DNA of 64,000 bases from an uncultured Gammaproteobacteria bacterium. GTDB taxonomy: Bacteria; Patescibacteriota; Microgenomatia; Woykebacterales; RBG-16-39-9b. A model generated the notes under the pieces. The model was not told where the DNA came from. It made no database searches and saw only the letters and a list, made by a program, of their open reading frames with translations. Both the position numbers and the translations under genes were made by a program. The DNA lies in the NCBI GenBank assembly GCA_964349395.1, contig CAYGGA010000003.1, forward strand, positions 1,424 through 65,423, written 5' to 3'. Shown piece after piece: positions 55,387 to 64,000 of this stretch; position 1 is the first letter of the stretch, and every line of letters begins with the position of its first letter.

Positions 55387-56465
55387 TTACTCCCTCGCTC
55401 TAAAAATTTACTAAAATAACTTTGGTACTCAAGAGAGGTTTTTGCCCAACTAAATCCTTGGGCAAATTTTACTCCTTCTTTTCCCATTTTAATCCTTAAC
55501 GATAAATCTTGGCAGAGAAGTTTGATTTTTTCTTCAAACTCTTCTTGACTGCTCGCTAGAAAACCAGTTTTTCCATCCTCAACTACTTCTGGCAAGGAGG
55601 TATTTCTAAAACCAATCACTGGTTTCCCCAAAAGCGCTGCCTCTAAAAAAGGTAGTCCAAACCCTTCCCAGGTAGTCCCTGACACATAAAGACTACACTT
55701 TTGATAGTAGTTGATTAAAACTTGATCACTTGGACTTAAAATTATCTCCACATCTCTATCAGCCTTGCTTTTAAGATAATTGAGATACGCAGTGTCTTGA
55801 CTGGTACCAACCAGAGCTAATTTTAGCTCAGGAAAACTTCTTTTGATGTTTTTATAGGCAGCCAAAACTCGATGAAACCCTTTGTAAGGAGTTAGTCGAC
55901 TAACACTCAGTAACAAAAGCGTCTTTTTTTCTGATCTGTTTAGTTTGGCTTTATCATCCAAGTCAGCGCCTAGATAAATATAATCAATTTTGCGTTGATA
56001 CATTCTGGCTGCTTCCAAGACAGTGCTTTTGGAAATTCCCAAAACTCTCACGGCTTTATGAATCCTTAGTTTTTCTAAACGCAAAATTATCTGGTCGGCT
56101 AACTTTAGTTTTTGTTGTTTAACCCAAGAATTCCTGAGCCCCGTCTCTTTCTCCATGTGGCGATCAAAGGCGGTTAACTGAGTACCATAATAAGTGTAAA
56201 TAATTGGTTTACCACTTCGAGCCGCGGCAAAAAAAAGCGGGTAGCTAGAATGACAAGAGATCAGATCATGATTGTGCTCTCGTAGTGGTTTCAACAAGTT
56301 GCTAGCCGTCAAAAACTTACCCAACCTAGTTTTAGGGTTTTGAACATACACAATCTCAACTTTTAGTTCTTTAAGCTTGTCTTCGACCTCAGTGTCTTTT
56401 GCCTCCGGATAAGCATAAATGGTTATTTTTTCTCCAAGTAAAGCTAACCCCTGGGCAATCTTCAT
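55383..56465 (-). CDS. Glycosyltransferase family 4
   Basis: TTWEGFGLPFLEAALLGKPVIGFRNTSLPEVVEDGKTGFL. The likely start is the internal ATG (MKIAQG...) at about 56465. The track start at 56630 overlaps the upstream GT2 gene by 118 nt. Confidence 0.65.
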   Translation of the reverse strand: MKIAQGLALLGEKITIYAYPEAKDTEVEDKLKELKVEIVYVQNPKTRLGKFLTASNLLKPLREHNHDLISCHSSYPLFFAAARSGKPIIYTYYGTQLTAFDRHMEKETGLRNSWVKQQKLKLADQIILRLEKLRIHKAVRVLGISKSTVLEAARMYQRKIDYIYLGADLDDKAKLNRSEKKTLLLLSVSRLTPYKGFHRVLAAYKNIKRSFPELKLALVGTSQDTAYLNYLKSKADRDVEIILSPSDQVLINYYQKCSLYVSGTTWEGFGLPFLEAALLGKPVIGFRNTSLPEVVEDGKTGFLASSQEEFEEKIKLLCQDLSLRIKMGKEGVKFAQGFSWAKTSLEYQSYFSKFLERGSK

Positions 56466-56512
56466 AGGCGCACGTGCGCCAGATTTTTCGTTTATTTGAT
56501 CCACTAAAAAGC

Positions 56513-57346
56513 CTAAATCCACTTTGCGATCTTGGCGTACAGGTACCCTGCACCGCCCGCCCCCTGTTTTGAAAAAGTCATCACTATCAAACCACCCAAA
56601 AGAAGAGGGTGGGCTACCAATTTTCGCCAATGGCGGAAGTAGGATGGTCTTATCAAACTTGCATGCCTAAGGCCCATGGCCCGATGTTTAGCAAAATACT
56701 TCTCCACGGTGGTACCGTAATAAAAACTCTTGCTAATAATTTGACCTAGATTGTCAGGTTCCCCAAGGTGGTGTTCCACGACTCCTTTGGTTCTTGTGAT
56801 TTTCGCGTTGGCGTCTTTGAGTCTGTTTTGCAGATCATGCTCTTCATAGGCTACCAGAGAAGAGTCGTAACCACCAATCAGGTCATAAATTTTGCGGGTG
56901 AAAAAACGTGACGCTTCGATAAAATCATCACCAACATAAGTCGATCTTTCTAGTCGTCTTACTTTAGCCCAAAAAGAACTGCCCACACTGTCTTGTTCGA
57001 TGATAACAGCGTCACTGCCCTCCTCGATTTGCTGGGCAGCTTTTTCGATTACTTTATCCTCCAACGCGTAATCAGACCCAATGTAGTACAAAATTTTTCC
57101 CTTAGATTTGCTCACTCCGAAATTAAACTGAGAGGTTCTTTCGGTACCAGCAGTGTAGAAAGACAGGTTTTTTATAACCTTTCTATACTTGTGGACAAGC
57201 TCTTCGGTTCTATCACTACTACCCTTGTCCACCACAATAACTTCGAAATTAATGTAAGTCTGCTGACTCAAACTTTTCAGGGTCTTCTCAAAGTAGCGAC
57301 CAGAATTAAAAGTAGGAATAATCACCGAGACAAGAGGTTTTTTCAT
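56513..57346 (-). CDS. Glycosyltransferase family 2
   Basis: VSVIIPTFNSGRYFEKTLKSLSQQTYINFEVIVVDKGSSDRT. Confidence 0.7.
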   Translation of the reverse strand: MKKPLVSVIIPTFNSGRYFEKTLKSLSQQTYINFEVIVVDKGSSDRTEELVHKYRKVIKNLSFYTAGTERTSQFNFGVSKSKGKILYYIGSDYALEDKVIEKAAQQIEEGSDAVIIEQDSVGSSFWAKVRRLERSTYVGDDFIEASRFFTRKIYDLIGGYDSSLVAYEEHDLQNRLKDANAKITRTKGVVEHHLGEPDNLGQIISKSFYYGTTVEKYFAKHRAMGLRHASLIRPSYFRHWRKLVAHPLLLGGLIVMTFSKQGAGGAGYLYAKIAKWI

Positions 57347-58431
57347 ACCACTTCTTTAACACTTTCTGAAATAAACTTTACTTCGTCTTCGGTTAACCCC
57401 GGGTCCATGGGCAAAGATAAAACTTTCGCACACAGTTTTTCGGTCACGGGAAAATCTCCCTTTCTATAACCCAAATCTTTTAAAGCAATTTGCATATGAA
57501 GAGGAAGAGGATAATGAATTCCAGTCGCAATCCCTTTTTGGTGTAAATACTCCTGAACTTCCTTACGGTTTGATACCTGAACGCTAAACTGATGCCAAAC
57601 ATGACCCTCTGACATCGTTGGTAAAACTAAATTGGTTTCTTGCAAAAGTTCTTGGTACCAGCCTGCGACCTGGACTCTCTTTTGATTCCAAGAGTCTAGA
57701 TATTTTAACTTCACTCTCAAAACAGCCGCCTGCAAGGTATCAAGGCGGTCATTATACCCTTTAACTACATGGTTATACTTAGATTTCTGACCAACATTAC
57801 TTAGAACTCTAATTTTTTCGGCTAGCTTGGGGTCATCAGTCACCACTGCCCCGGCATCTCCGTAAGCACCCAGATTTTTCCCAGGGTAAAAACTAAAAGC
57901 ACTCAGTTGACCAAAGCTACCGACCTTTTTCCCCTGGAATTTGGCTCCTTGGGCTTGGGCACTATCTTCTAAAACCTTCACCTTGTGTTTTTGGGCTAGT
58001 TTTAAAATAGCTTCCATATCACAAGGACGCCCATAAAGATGAACCGGAATAATCACCTTTGTTTTCTTTGTAATGGCCTTTTCCAATAAATTGGGGTTGA
58101 GGTTAAAAGTCTCTGGATCAACATCTACCAATCTCACTTTGGCTCCCAAATGCATTGCTCCTAAGACAGTGGCTATGAAAGTGTTGGCGGAGGTAACTAC
58201 TTCATCACCCTGGCCTACTCCCAAAACAGATAAGCTCAAAGTCAGGGCTGAGTAACCAGAGGAAACACCAATTGCCTCCTTAACACCAATATAGTTAGCT
58301 AGCTCTTTCTCAAAAAGCCCCACCTCTGCTCCCAAAATAAAGTCACCCTGTGTTACCACCTTGCGTATCGCTTGGTCAATCTCAGGTTTGATACTTAGGT
58401 ATTGTTTTTGCAAATTAAGTAAGGGAATCAT
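57343..58431 (-). CDS. DegT/DnrJ/EryC1-family sugar aminotransferase (WbpE/PglE-like)
   Basis: GDEVVTSANTFIATV; DSAQAQGAKFQGKKVGSFGQLSAFSFYPGKNLGAYGDAGAVVT (catalytic Lys in YPGKNLG). Confidence 0.75.
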   Translation of the reverse strand: MIPLLNLQKQYLSIKPEIDQAIRKVVTQGDFILGAEVGLFEKELANYIGVKEAIGVSSGYSALTLSLSVLGVGQGDEVVTSANTFIATVLGAMHLGAKVRLVDVDPETFNLNPNLLEKAITKKTKVIIPVHLYGRPCDMEAILKLAQKHKVKVLEDSAQAQGAKFQGKKVGSFGQLSAFSFYPGKNLGAYGDAGAVVTDDPKLAEKIRVLSNVGQKSKYNHVVKGYNDRLDTLQAAVLRVKLKYLDSWNQKRVQVAGWYQELLQETNLVLPTMSEGHVWHQFSVQVSNRKEVQEYLHQKGIATGIHYPLPLHMQIALKDLGYRKGDFPVTEKLCAKVLSLPMDPGLTEDEVKFISESVKEVV

Positions 58432-58883
58432 TTTAGTTTAGCTGGGTTTCCATAGACTACGGCGCTGTCCGGAACATCCTTAGTCACTACACTACCCGCT
58501 CCAACCAAGGCTTTTTCCCCAATTGTGACTCCACAAATGATAGTACAATTAGCTCCCAAGCTCGCTCCTTTTTTTACCAGAGTGGGGAGTTGTTCCCAGT
58601 CCTCCTCTGTCAGCTGTTCACCTGTTTCATTGGTAGCTTTAGGATATTTGTCATTGGTAAAGACTACATGAGGACCAAGAAAAACATTATCCTCAATGGT
58701 CACCCCTTCAGGAATAAAAACTCCAGCTTGGATTTTGCAGTTGTTCCCTACCCTTACACCATTTCTAATTTCCACAAATGATCCAATCTTACAATTGTTT
58801 CCGATTACGCAACCATATAAATTGACTAACTCGGGGTGAGGAATAAAACAATTTTCACCAAGACTGACGTCATCTTTAATCAT
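58428..58883 (-). CDS. Left-handed beta-helix (hexapeptide-repeat) sugar N-acetyltransferase (WbpD/PglD-like)
   Basis: Hexapeptide repeats ([LIV]G-x4 periodicity: IGNNCKIGSFVEI..VGNNCKIQAGVFI). 151 aa. Confidence 0.7.
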   Translation of the reverse strand: MIKDDVSLGENCFIPHPELVNLYGCVIGNNCKIGSFVEIRNGVRVGNNCKIQAGVFIPEGVTIEDNVFLGPHVVFTNDKYPKATNETGEQLTEEDWEQLPTLVKKGASLGANCTIICGVTIGEKALVGAGSVVTKDVPDSAVVYGNPAKLK

Positions 58884-59901
58884 TTAAGTAAACCTCCTTG
58901 CCACCTAATTTTAATGATTTTTGTGCGGCTTCAATAATCTCTACAATCCCTAAAGACTTCTGACCTGAGGTTAGTGGTTCTTTCTTCTTTACAATTGCTT
59001 CGATAAACTCGCCGGCCATTACTTCCAAGGGTTCTTTTTCCGTCACTGCCACTGTTTTCTGCTCCCCAAGACGGTAAACATACCTAAACTCTTGAAAAGT
59101 TTTGTAATAAGGCATTTTAGGACTTTTTTCCTCTTCTAAACTTACCCCCTTATTATAGAGCTGAAGCTTTTCGGTTTTAGTATCATCATACTCTAACATT
59201 TTTTTACTACCCACAATGGTAACTTTACGGACTTTGATAGGGGAAAGCCAAGAGAGATAAATAGTGGCGGTCACTCCATCCTGGAATTTTAGGTATAGAT
59301 GGGCGACATCCTCAACTTTCAGGTTGACATGGGCGCTTCCTAGACAGATTACACTTAAAGGCTTTGCCCCCAAAAGAAACAGTAAGATCGAGAGATCATG
59401 AGGAGAGAGATCCCACAACACATTATAGTTTTGTTGAAAGAGACCTAAATTCACTCTTACCATATCAATATTAAAGATTTTACCTAAGGTTTTTTTATCC
59501 AGTAATTCTTTTATCTTTCTCACTGACTGTGAGTATTCAAAAGTGTGATCTACCATCAAAACCAACTTTTTGGTTTTTGCTTTTTTTATTAACTCTTGCG
59601 CCTCAGTTACTTTAGAAACAAAAGGCTTCTCCACCAAGACGTGTTTACCCATATCTAATGCTTCCGAGGCGAGAGTGAAATGGCTTGTCAGTGGAGTAGC
59701 AACTACCACCCCATCCACAAGTGGTAGTAGATCTCCATAATCCTCTAGGACTTTGACATTGGGAAATTGTTTAGTAACATCACGCCGTCTTAAAGAGTCT
59801 AAATCAGCCACTCCTACGACCTGACAGTTTTTAATTTTTGAAAAATTGCGAACTAAGTTTGGCCCCCAATAACCTGCCCCAATCACCCCAATTTTTACCA
59901 T
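58876..59901 (-). CDS. Gfo/Idh/MocA-family oxidoreductase (WbpB-like nucleotide-sugar 3-dehydrogenase candidate)
   Basis: MVKIGVIGAGYWGPNLVRNF Rossmann motif and EKPF motif. Operon context with an acetyltransferase and an aminotransferase. Confidence 0.7.
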   Translation of the reverse strand: MVKIGVIGAGYWGPNLVRNFSKIKNCQVVGVADLDSLRRRDVTKQFPNVKVLEDYGDLLPLVDGVVVATPLTSHFTLASEALDMGKHVLVEKPFVSKVTEAQELIKKAKTKKLVLMVDHTFEYSQSVRKIKELLDKKTLGKIFNIDMVRVNLGLFQQNYNVLWDLSPHDLSILLFLLGAKPLSVICLGSAHVNLKVEDVAHLYLKFQDGVTATIYLSWLSPIKVRKVTIVGSKKMLEYDDTKTEKLQLYNKGVSLEEEKSPKMPYYKTFQEFRYVYRLGEQKTVAVTEKEPLEVMAGEFIEAIVKKKEPLTSGQKSLGIVEIIEAAQKSLKLGGKEVYLND

Positions 59902-59914
59902 GGTTGTAAGTATA

Positions 59915-61072
59915 TCATTCTACTTCCTGTTTGATGATTTTCAAACTTTCCAGCGCGGTCTTTTCCCAAGTGAGCTCTTTGGCCCAATCATAAGCTTGTT
60001 TCTGCAAACCATGATAAAGTTTCGGATCTTCCCAAATCTTACTAATTGCTTGAGACAGTGCTTGTGGGCTTTGGTCGACTATCAAACCAGTCTCACCATC
60101 CTTCACGACGTCTTTTAAACCTCCTACATTATAGACAACAGCTGGGGTCTTGAGACCATTGGCCTCAGTCACGATTAATCCCCAACCCTCTCTGATCGAG
60201 GTAACTACAATCAGGTGGGCTCTAGACATTAGACGGAATTTCTCTTCTTGATTTACAAAACCCTTAAATTCAACCTGTTTATCTACCCCAAGTGAATTTG
60301 CTAAGTCCTTTAGACCACGGACAAAGCGAGTGTCCCCACCGCCCACTAACCATACCTTTAAATTAGGGTATTGGGTGCTTAGAGTAGCTGCGGCTTTAAT
60401 AATCTCCTCTGGCCTTTTGCTTTTTACCAATCTACCCACAAAAATAATTGCTAGTTCTTTTTCTTTTGGTTCCAAATACTTTTGCTCCTCCTCAAAGTTA
60501 ATAGCCATGGGGAAAACTGAGACCTTCTTGAACCCCAACTTTAATAAGTCTGTCTTGGTTGATTGCGAAATAGTCATGGCGGGGACTGAATGATAAAATC
60601 TCAAATAAAGTGGTTCAAGAAGATAGCCAATAATATTTATGGGAAACCTAGCCTCATAAAACCATACCTCCCTAGCCAGTTGATTAAAATAAACCAACTT
60701 TTTTTCTTTTACAAATAAGGTTGTGAAAAAAGGTAAGGTGTTGATTTCGTCAATCACAACATCTACATTTCCTTTTAAATACTTTTGGTAGTAGAAATAG
60801 GCATAAAACCGCACCGTCACTTGGCCACCTTGGCGAATAATTTTGACACCGTCAACCACTTCGTCACTGTTTGCCCCTGGAAAACTGGCAGTAAATAAAG
60901 TAACTTCGTGACCCCATCCTACCCACCTTTTGGCAATTTCCTGGGTCACGATTTCTGCTCCACCTGAACGAGGGTTTTTAATATCCCGCCAATTAAAGAT
61001 TAGAATTCTCATTTTAAAAGCTCGGTTACTTTTTGATGTAGAATAGCGCGGAATTGGCACCACTCTGACCAA
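59915..61072 (-). CDS. Glycosyltransferase family 4
   Basis: SIREGWGLIVTEANGLKTPAVVYNVGGLKDVVKDGETG. Confidence 0.7.
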   Translation of the reverse strand: MVRVVPIPRYSTSKSNRAFKMRILIFNWRDIKNPRSGGAEIVTQEIAKRWVGWGHEVTLFTASFPGANSDEVVDGVKIIRQGGQVTVRFYAYFYYQKYLKGNVDVVIDEINTLPFFTTLFVKEKKLVYFNQLAREVWFYEARFPINIIGYLLEPLYLRFYHSVPAMTISQSTKTDLLKLGFKKVSVFPMAINFEEEQKYLEPKEKELAIIFVGRLVKSKRPEEIIKAAATLSTQYPNLKVWLVGGGDTRFVRGLKDLANSLGVDKQVEFKGFVNQEEKFRLMSRAHLIVVTSIREGWGLIVTEANGLKTPAVVYNVGGLKDVVKDGETGLIVDQSPQALSQAISKIWEDPKLYHGLQKQAYDWAKELTWEKTALESLKIIKQEVE

Positions 61073-61451
61073 TAAGGTTTCTTTTTAAGGTTTTCCTGAT
61101 TTGCCCAGCTCTGTGCTATTTGACCTACTCTCGATTTGGCAACCTTCTTAAAACCACTTATCCCTTCATTCTCATCGGTGGCCACCGGGGTTCTATCACC
61201 AAATTTAATAGTGAAAATATAGCTAGCAAAGTAAACCTTCTCCTCTGGTAAACTAATCTCATAAACAATAGTTCCCAAAAGTTTAGTCTTCAATTTCTCT
61301 CTGATCCCAGTTTCTTCAAATAACTCCCTTTGCAATGTTTGGAGCGTGGTTTCATCGTGGTGTATACCCCCCGTGGGAATACGGTAAAGCGAGTTCTCGT
61401 AATGGTCCTTCCGAAGCATCCAAATACTGTCCCCAGACTCTAGAACCATAG
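61009..61451 (-). CDS. NUDIX hydrolase (candidate GDP-sugar / GDP-mannose mannosyl hydrolase)
   Basis: Nudix box GGIHHDETTLQTLQRELFEETGI (G-x5-E-x7-REUxEExGU). The likely start is the internal ATG at about 61451. The track start at 61614 overlaps the upstream GT2 gene. Confidence 0.6.
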
Positions 61452-61537
61452 CTACTTCACCTCGTCTTTTTTTAGTTTGGAAATTGGCACTACTTAGTTT
61501 CCCGTATTTTAAATACTCATAAAAAATCGGAGAGTTT

Positions 61538-62326
61538 TTAACCGACATTGATCTTAAAATCCAAGTCTTTATCATAAACCCATTTCCTTCTATTACCATT
61601 ATTATAGTAGCCACGAAGTTTTAGCCGGTAAAATACTGCCAAGGTATCAATTAACATATTACGGATCACCTTAAGGCTGGCAGCGGAAGTGATTTGGCCA
61701 AAATTATAGTGAAGCTCGATGGGAGCCTCGGCTATCTTTTTGTAACCTAGGTGATTGGCCACTGATAGAATCTCAATATCAAAAGCGTATCTTTTAACTA
61801 GTAGCCTAGGTAAAACATCTTCTAAAACCTTCCTCTTAAAAAGTTTGAGACCTACTTGGGTGTCTTTGACATTCAAACCAAAGAGAAAAAAGACTAGAGT
61901 CTGGTAACCAAAACTTAAAAATCTTCTTATTGGCGGGTAAGTTACCTGAGAGTTCTCGTGTCTTTTAGACCCAATTACGACATCAGCATCTTCATCTTCA
62001 AAAATCTGTATCGATGTTTGTAAACCCTCGGGGTGAATCTCCATACCAGCATCCAGAAAAGCAACCGCGTCACCACGACTTCTAGCCATACCATAACGAA
62101 TAGCATACCCTTTACCGTGATTTTTCTCGAGTTGAAAACTCTTCAGATTTGGCTCTTTAATTTTCCTAATCTCTCTAAAACTATCATCTAGTTTTCCATC
62201 TACTATACAGAGGAGTTCAAAGGCAACTCCAATCTGCTTCAATGAGACCAAAATTCTTTCCAGGTCTTTTTTGATGGTTTTTTCTTGGCGATATACAGGC
62301 ACAATTACTGAAATTAGCTTAATCAT
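61538..62326 (-). CDS. Glycosyltransferase family 2
   Basis: ISVIVPVYRQEKTIKKDLERIL...CIVDGKLDDS and the LDAGME (DxD-like) motif. Confidence 0.65.
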   Translation of the reverse strand: MIKLISVIVPVYRQEKTIKKDLERILVSLKQIGVAFELLCIVDGKLDDSFREIRKIKEPNLKSFQLEKNHGKGYAIRYGMARSRGDAVAFLDAGMEIHPEGLQTSIQIFEDEDADVVIGSKRHENSQVTYPPIRRFLSFGYQTLVFFLFGLNVKDTQVGLKLFKRKVLEDVLPRLLVKRYAFDIEILSVANHLGYKKIAEAPIELHYNFGQITSAASLKVIRNMLIDTLAVFYRLKLRGYYNNGNRRKWVYDKDLDFKINVG

Positions 62327-63600
62327 TTCTTTACCCTTTTTAGATTAAACCAATAATAAAGAGAAAGGACTAACAAAAGTAAAAAGTTGGCTATAATATT
62401 CACTATAATCACCTGATTTAAATTTTGATGGAAAAACCAAATCAAAATTCCTTGCAGGACCCCCGCTATTAATGGTGCGATAGAGAATTTAACTTTTTGT
62501 AAGGAGAGGAAAAGATAAGTTAGCAAAGTGTTTAGTGAAAAAAGAGTGATGAAAACACTGTAGACAGCTAAGAGGTAGCCTGCAGCCTGGTATTCTGAGC
62601 TACGTGAGAAAAAGAAACCCTTTAAGACTAGCTCTGGCCAAAGTAAGTATAGAAGTGAAATAGTTGCTCCAATTAGAGCAGTCATGATTAAGCCAGCCAC
62701 TACGAATTTGTGGTAAGGCTTACCAGCTTCAAATCTCTGAACGACAACTGGGAAAATTACTTGGGTAATAGGTAGACAAGTAAAAATTATCACTCTGCCA
62801 GTTACAGTTACAGCACTGTAAAGACCCGCTTCGATCGGGGAAAAAAAGTGTTTAACTAAAATAATGTCAACGGTACTTAGTATTGTGATCCCTAAAAGGG
62901 AGGAAAAAGCTGGTCCTACGAAATAAAATATCTTTCTCCAGTTGACCAACTGACCACCAGGGAAAGTCAAAATCTTTTTTAGAAATACCAAGGTTAATAG
63001 GTAGGCGGAAAAGAGAGCCAAGATTAACCCCGCCAAAGCCCCACGTACATTTAACCCTAGATATATCAATCCCGCTGCAAAAATAATTCTTAAAAAGGAG
63101 TTCAAAAAACTAGCGCTAGTAAAGGCTTCAAATTTTAGCAATCCTTGCAAAAAAGCACCATTGATGGTGAAAAAGATGGTCACTATGGTTAGTATTCCTA
63201 AATATATTAGTAAATTAGAGTCATCAATCTGCAAAAACTGGGCAATATAATCCTTGCTAAACCAAGAAATCAATAGTAAAACGAATGAGGCAAAAAACAA
63301 TTTTTTTGACGCTTCAACAAAAAGTGATTTAACGCTTGCCATATCTCCTTGAGCTTGATAGCTAGCAGAGAATTTAATCAAAACAGTATTTAGTGTAAGT
63401 GACGGGACCGAAAGAATAATTAGTAAGGACAGGATGGTCACTAATTCCCCGTATTCCTTAATAGTCAGGAGATTACCCATAACCGGGTTAAAAAGAAAAC
63501 TTATCCCACCCACCATAAAAGAACCGCCTACCATCACTAACGTGCCACGACCTAACTTGGTGGTAAATAGTTTCTTTATGAGTTCCAAAATTTTAGACAC
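62323..63600 (-). CDS. Wzx-like flippase / polysaccharide biosynthesis protein (MOP superfamily)
   Basis: About 12 TM helices. PST-family N-terminal pattern (LGRGTLVMVGGSFMVGGISFLFNPVM). Confidence 0.55.
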   Translation of the reverse strand: MSKILELIKKLFTTKLGRGTLVMVGGSFMVGGISFLFNPVMGNLLTIKEYGELVTILSLLIILSVPSLTLNTVLIKFSASYQAQGDMASVKSLFVEASKKLFFASFVLLLISWFSKDYIAQFLQIDDSNLLIYLGILTIVTIFFTINGAFLQGLLKFEAFTSASFLNSFLRIIFAAGLIYLGLNVRGALAGLILALFSAYLLTLVFLKKILTFPGGQLVNWRKIFYFVGPAFSSLLGITILSTVDIILVKHFFSPIEAGLYSAVTVTGRVIIFTCLPITQVIFPVVVQRFEAGKPYHKFVVAGLIMTALIGATISLLYLLWPELVLKGFFFSRSSEYQAAGYLLAVYSVFITLFSLNTLLTYLFLSLQKVKFSIAPLIAGVLQGILIWFFHQNLNQVIIVNIIANFLLLLVLSLYYWFNLKRVKK

Positions 63601-64000
63601 CTTTAAACCTTATATGAATACATTTCCTTAATAATTTATAATAGCTTTTAACAAGCTTGCCATTGTAGATCATTTTGGAATTTCCAAATCTCCTCGTAGT
63701 TAAGATAATCGGCACTTCCCCAAGTTTAAATCCATTTGCCGCTGCTAACACCGTCTCTTCCAACTGTATTCCGAACCCAGTCTCAGTGAGAATGATCTTC
63801 TTAAAGACTTCTCGTTTGCCCGCTCTAAAACCAGTGGTAAAGTCTCGAACAGGAACATTTAGCAAAATTTTGCCGACCATATTACCCATTTTAGAAATTA
63901 AAGCTCGTAAATAAGGGACCCCCACCATCTTACCACCAGGTACAAAACGGGACCCCAGAACCAAATCATAACCTTCCTCAATTTTCTTAATAAACTTAGG
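63593..64000 (-). CDS. GT2 glycosyltransferase, Dpm1-like; C-terminal part only (5-prime end lies beyond the window)
   Basis: VLGSRF..G.....P..R...S...N....L...V.DFTTGFR is the conserved C-terminal region of Dpm1/GtrB-type GT2. The ORF is open at the window edge. Confidence 0.55.
   Translation of the reverse strand, partial: PKFIKKIEEGYDLVLGSRFVPGGKMVGVPYLRALISKMGNMVGKILLNVPVRDFTTGFRAGKREVFKKIILTETGFGIQLEETVLAAANGFKLGEVPIILTTRRFGNSKMIYNGKLVKSYYKLLRKCIHIRFKGV

Noticed and set aside
55383-56630. Long N-terminal extensions and overlaps of track ORFs (55383-56630 versus 56513-57346; 61009-61614 versus 61538-62326; 52783-54081 versus 54050-54862; 11517-12893 versus 12809-13774)
   Set aside because: These are most parsimoniously over-extended start calls. 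Each has an internal ATG or TTG with a better context that removes the overlap. I do not read them as true overlapping genes.
1-64000. Search for CRISPR arrays, tRNA/rRNA genes, transposases/integrases and toxin-antitoxin pairs
   Set aside because: I saw no periodic direct repeats with spacers other than the RTX coding repeats. I saw no tRNA cloverleaf candidates in the few intergenic regions. I found no DDE/tyrosine recombinase-like ORFs. The island boundary is therefore not marked by an obvious mobile element.

Overview
This AT-rich (~37% GC) window is dominated by a very large cell-surface glycan / glycosylation island with dense, short-intergenic gene packing. The genome style resembles CPR/Patescibacteria or a similar small-genome Gram-positive-like bacterium. 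Nearly every gene from 869 to 64000 is on the minus strand. The island encodes about 15 GT4 and about 9 GT2 glycosyltransferases. Five of the GT2 enzymes look like Dpm1/GtrB-type polyprenyl-phosphate-sugar synthases. It also has at least six GT-C-like polytopic membrane enzymes (ArnT/PMT-like with a loop-1 DE motif, including a Wzy/WaaL-like fusion and a triplicated novel family), two DUF2079 paralogs, two Wzx-type flippases and one MprF-TM-like flippase. A priming sugar-1-phosphate transferase sits next to a DUF4012 protein. Nucleotide-sugar genes include ManC, an SDR epimerase, two DegT aminotransferases, a hexapeptide acetyltransferase, two Gfo/Idh/MocA oxidoreductases, two SAM methyltransferases and a NUDIX hydrolase. 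A HAD / ATP-grasp / ThDP-enzyme module suggests an unusual sugar decoration. A RecO gene sits at the 5-prime edge. The only plus-strand block (5.8-9.0 kb) is an apparently novel secreted-fiber cassette: a TasA/camelysin-like SipW-cognate protein, then a SipW-type signal peptidase fused in frame to a second SipW-cognate signal peptide plus a lamin-tail domain, then a Sec-secreted RTX beta-roll protein. This cassette is preceded by a leader carrying a 43-codon uORF whose stop codon forms the loop of an intrinsic terminator. Downstream of the cassette lies a 1.3 kb compositionally foreign segment (~50% GC) with no intact gene. I found no rRNA, tRNA, CRISPR array or transposase. Many ORF-track starts are GTG/TTG or over-extended, and I adjusted several.
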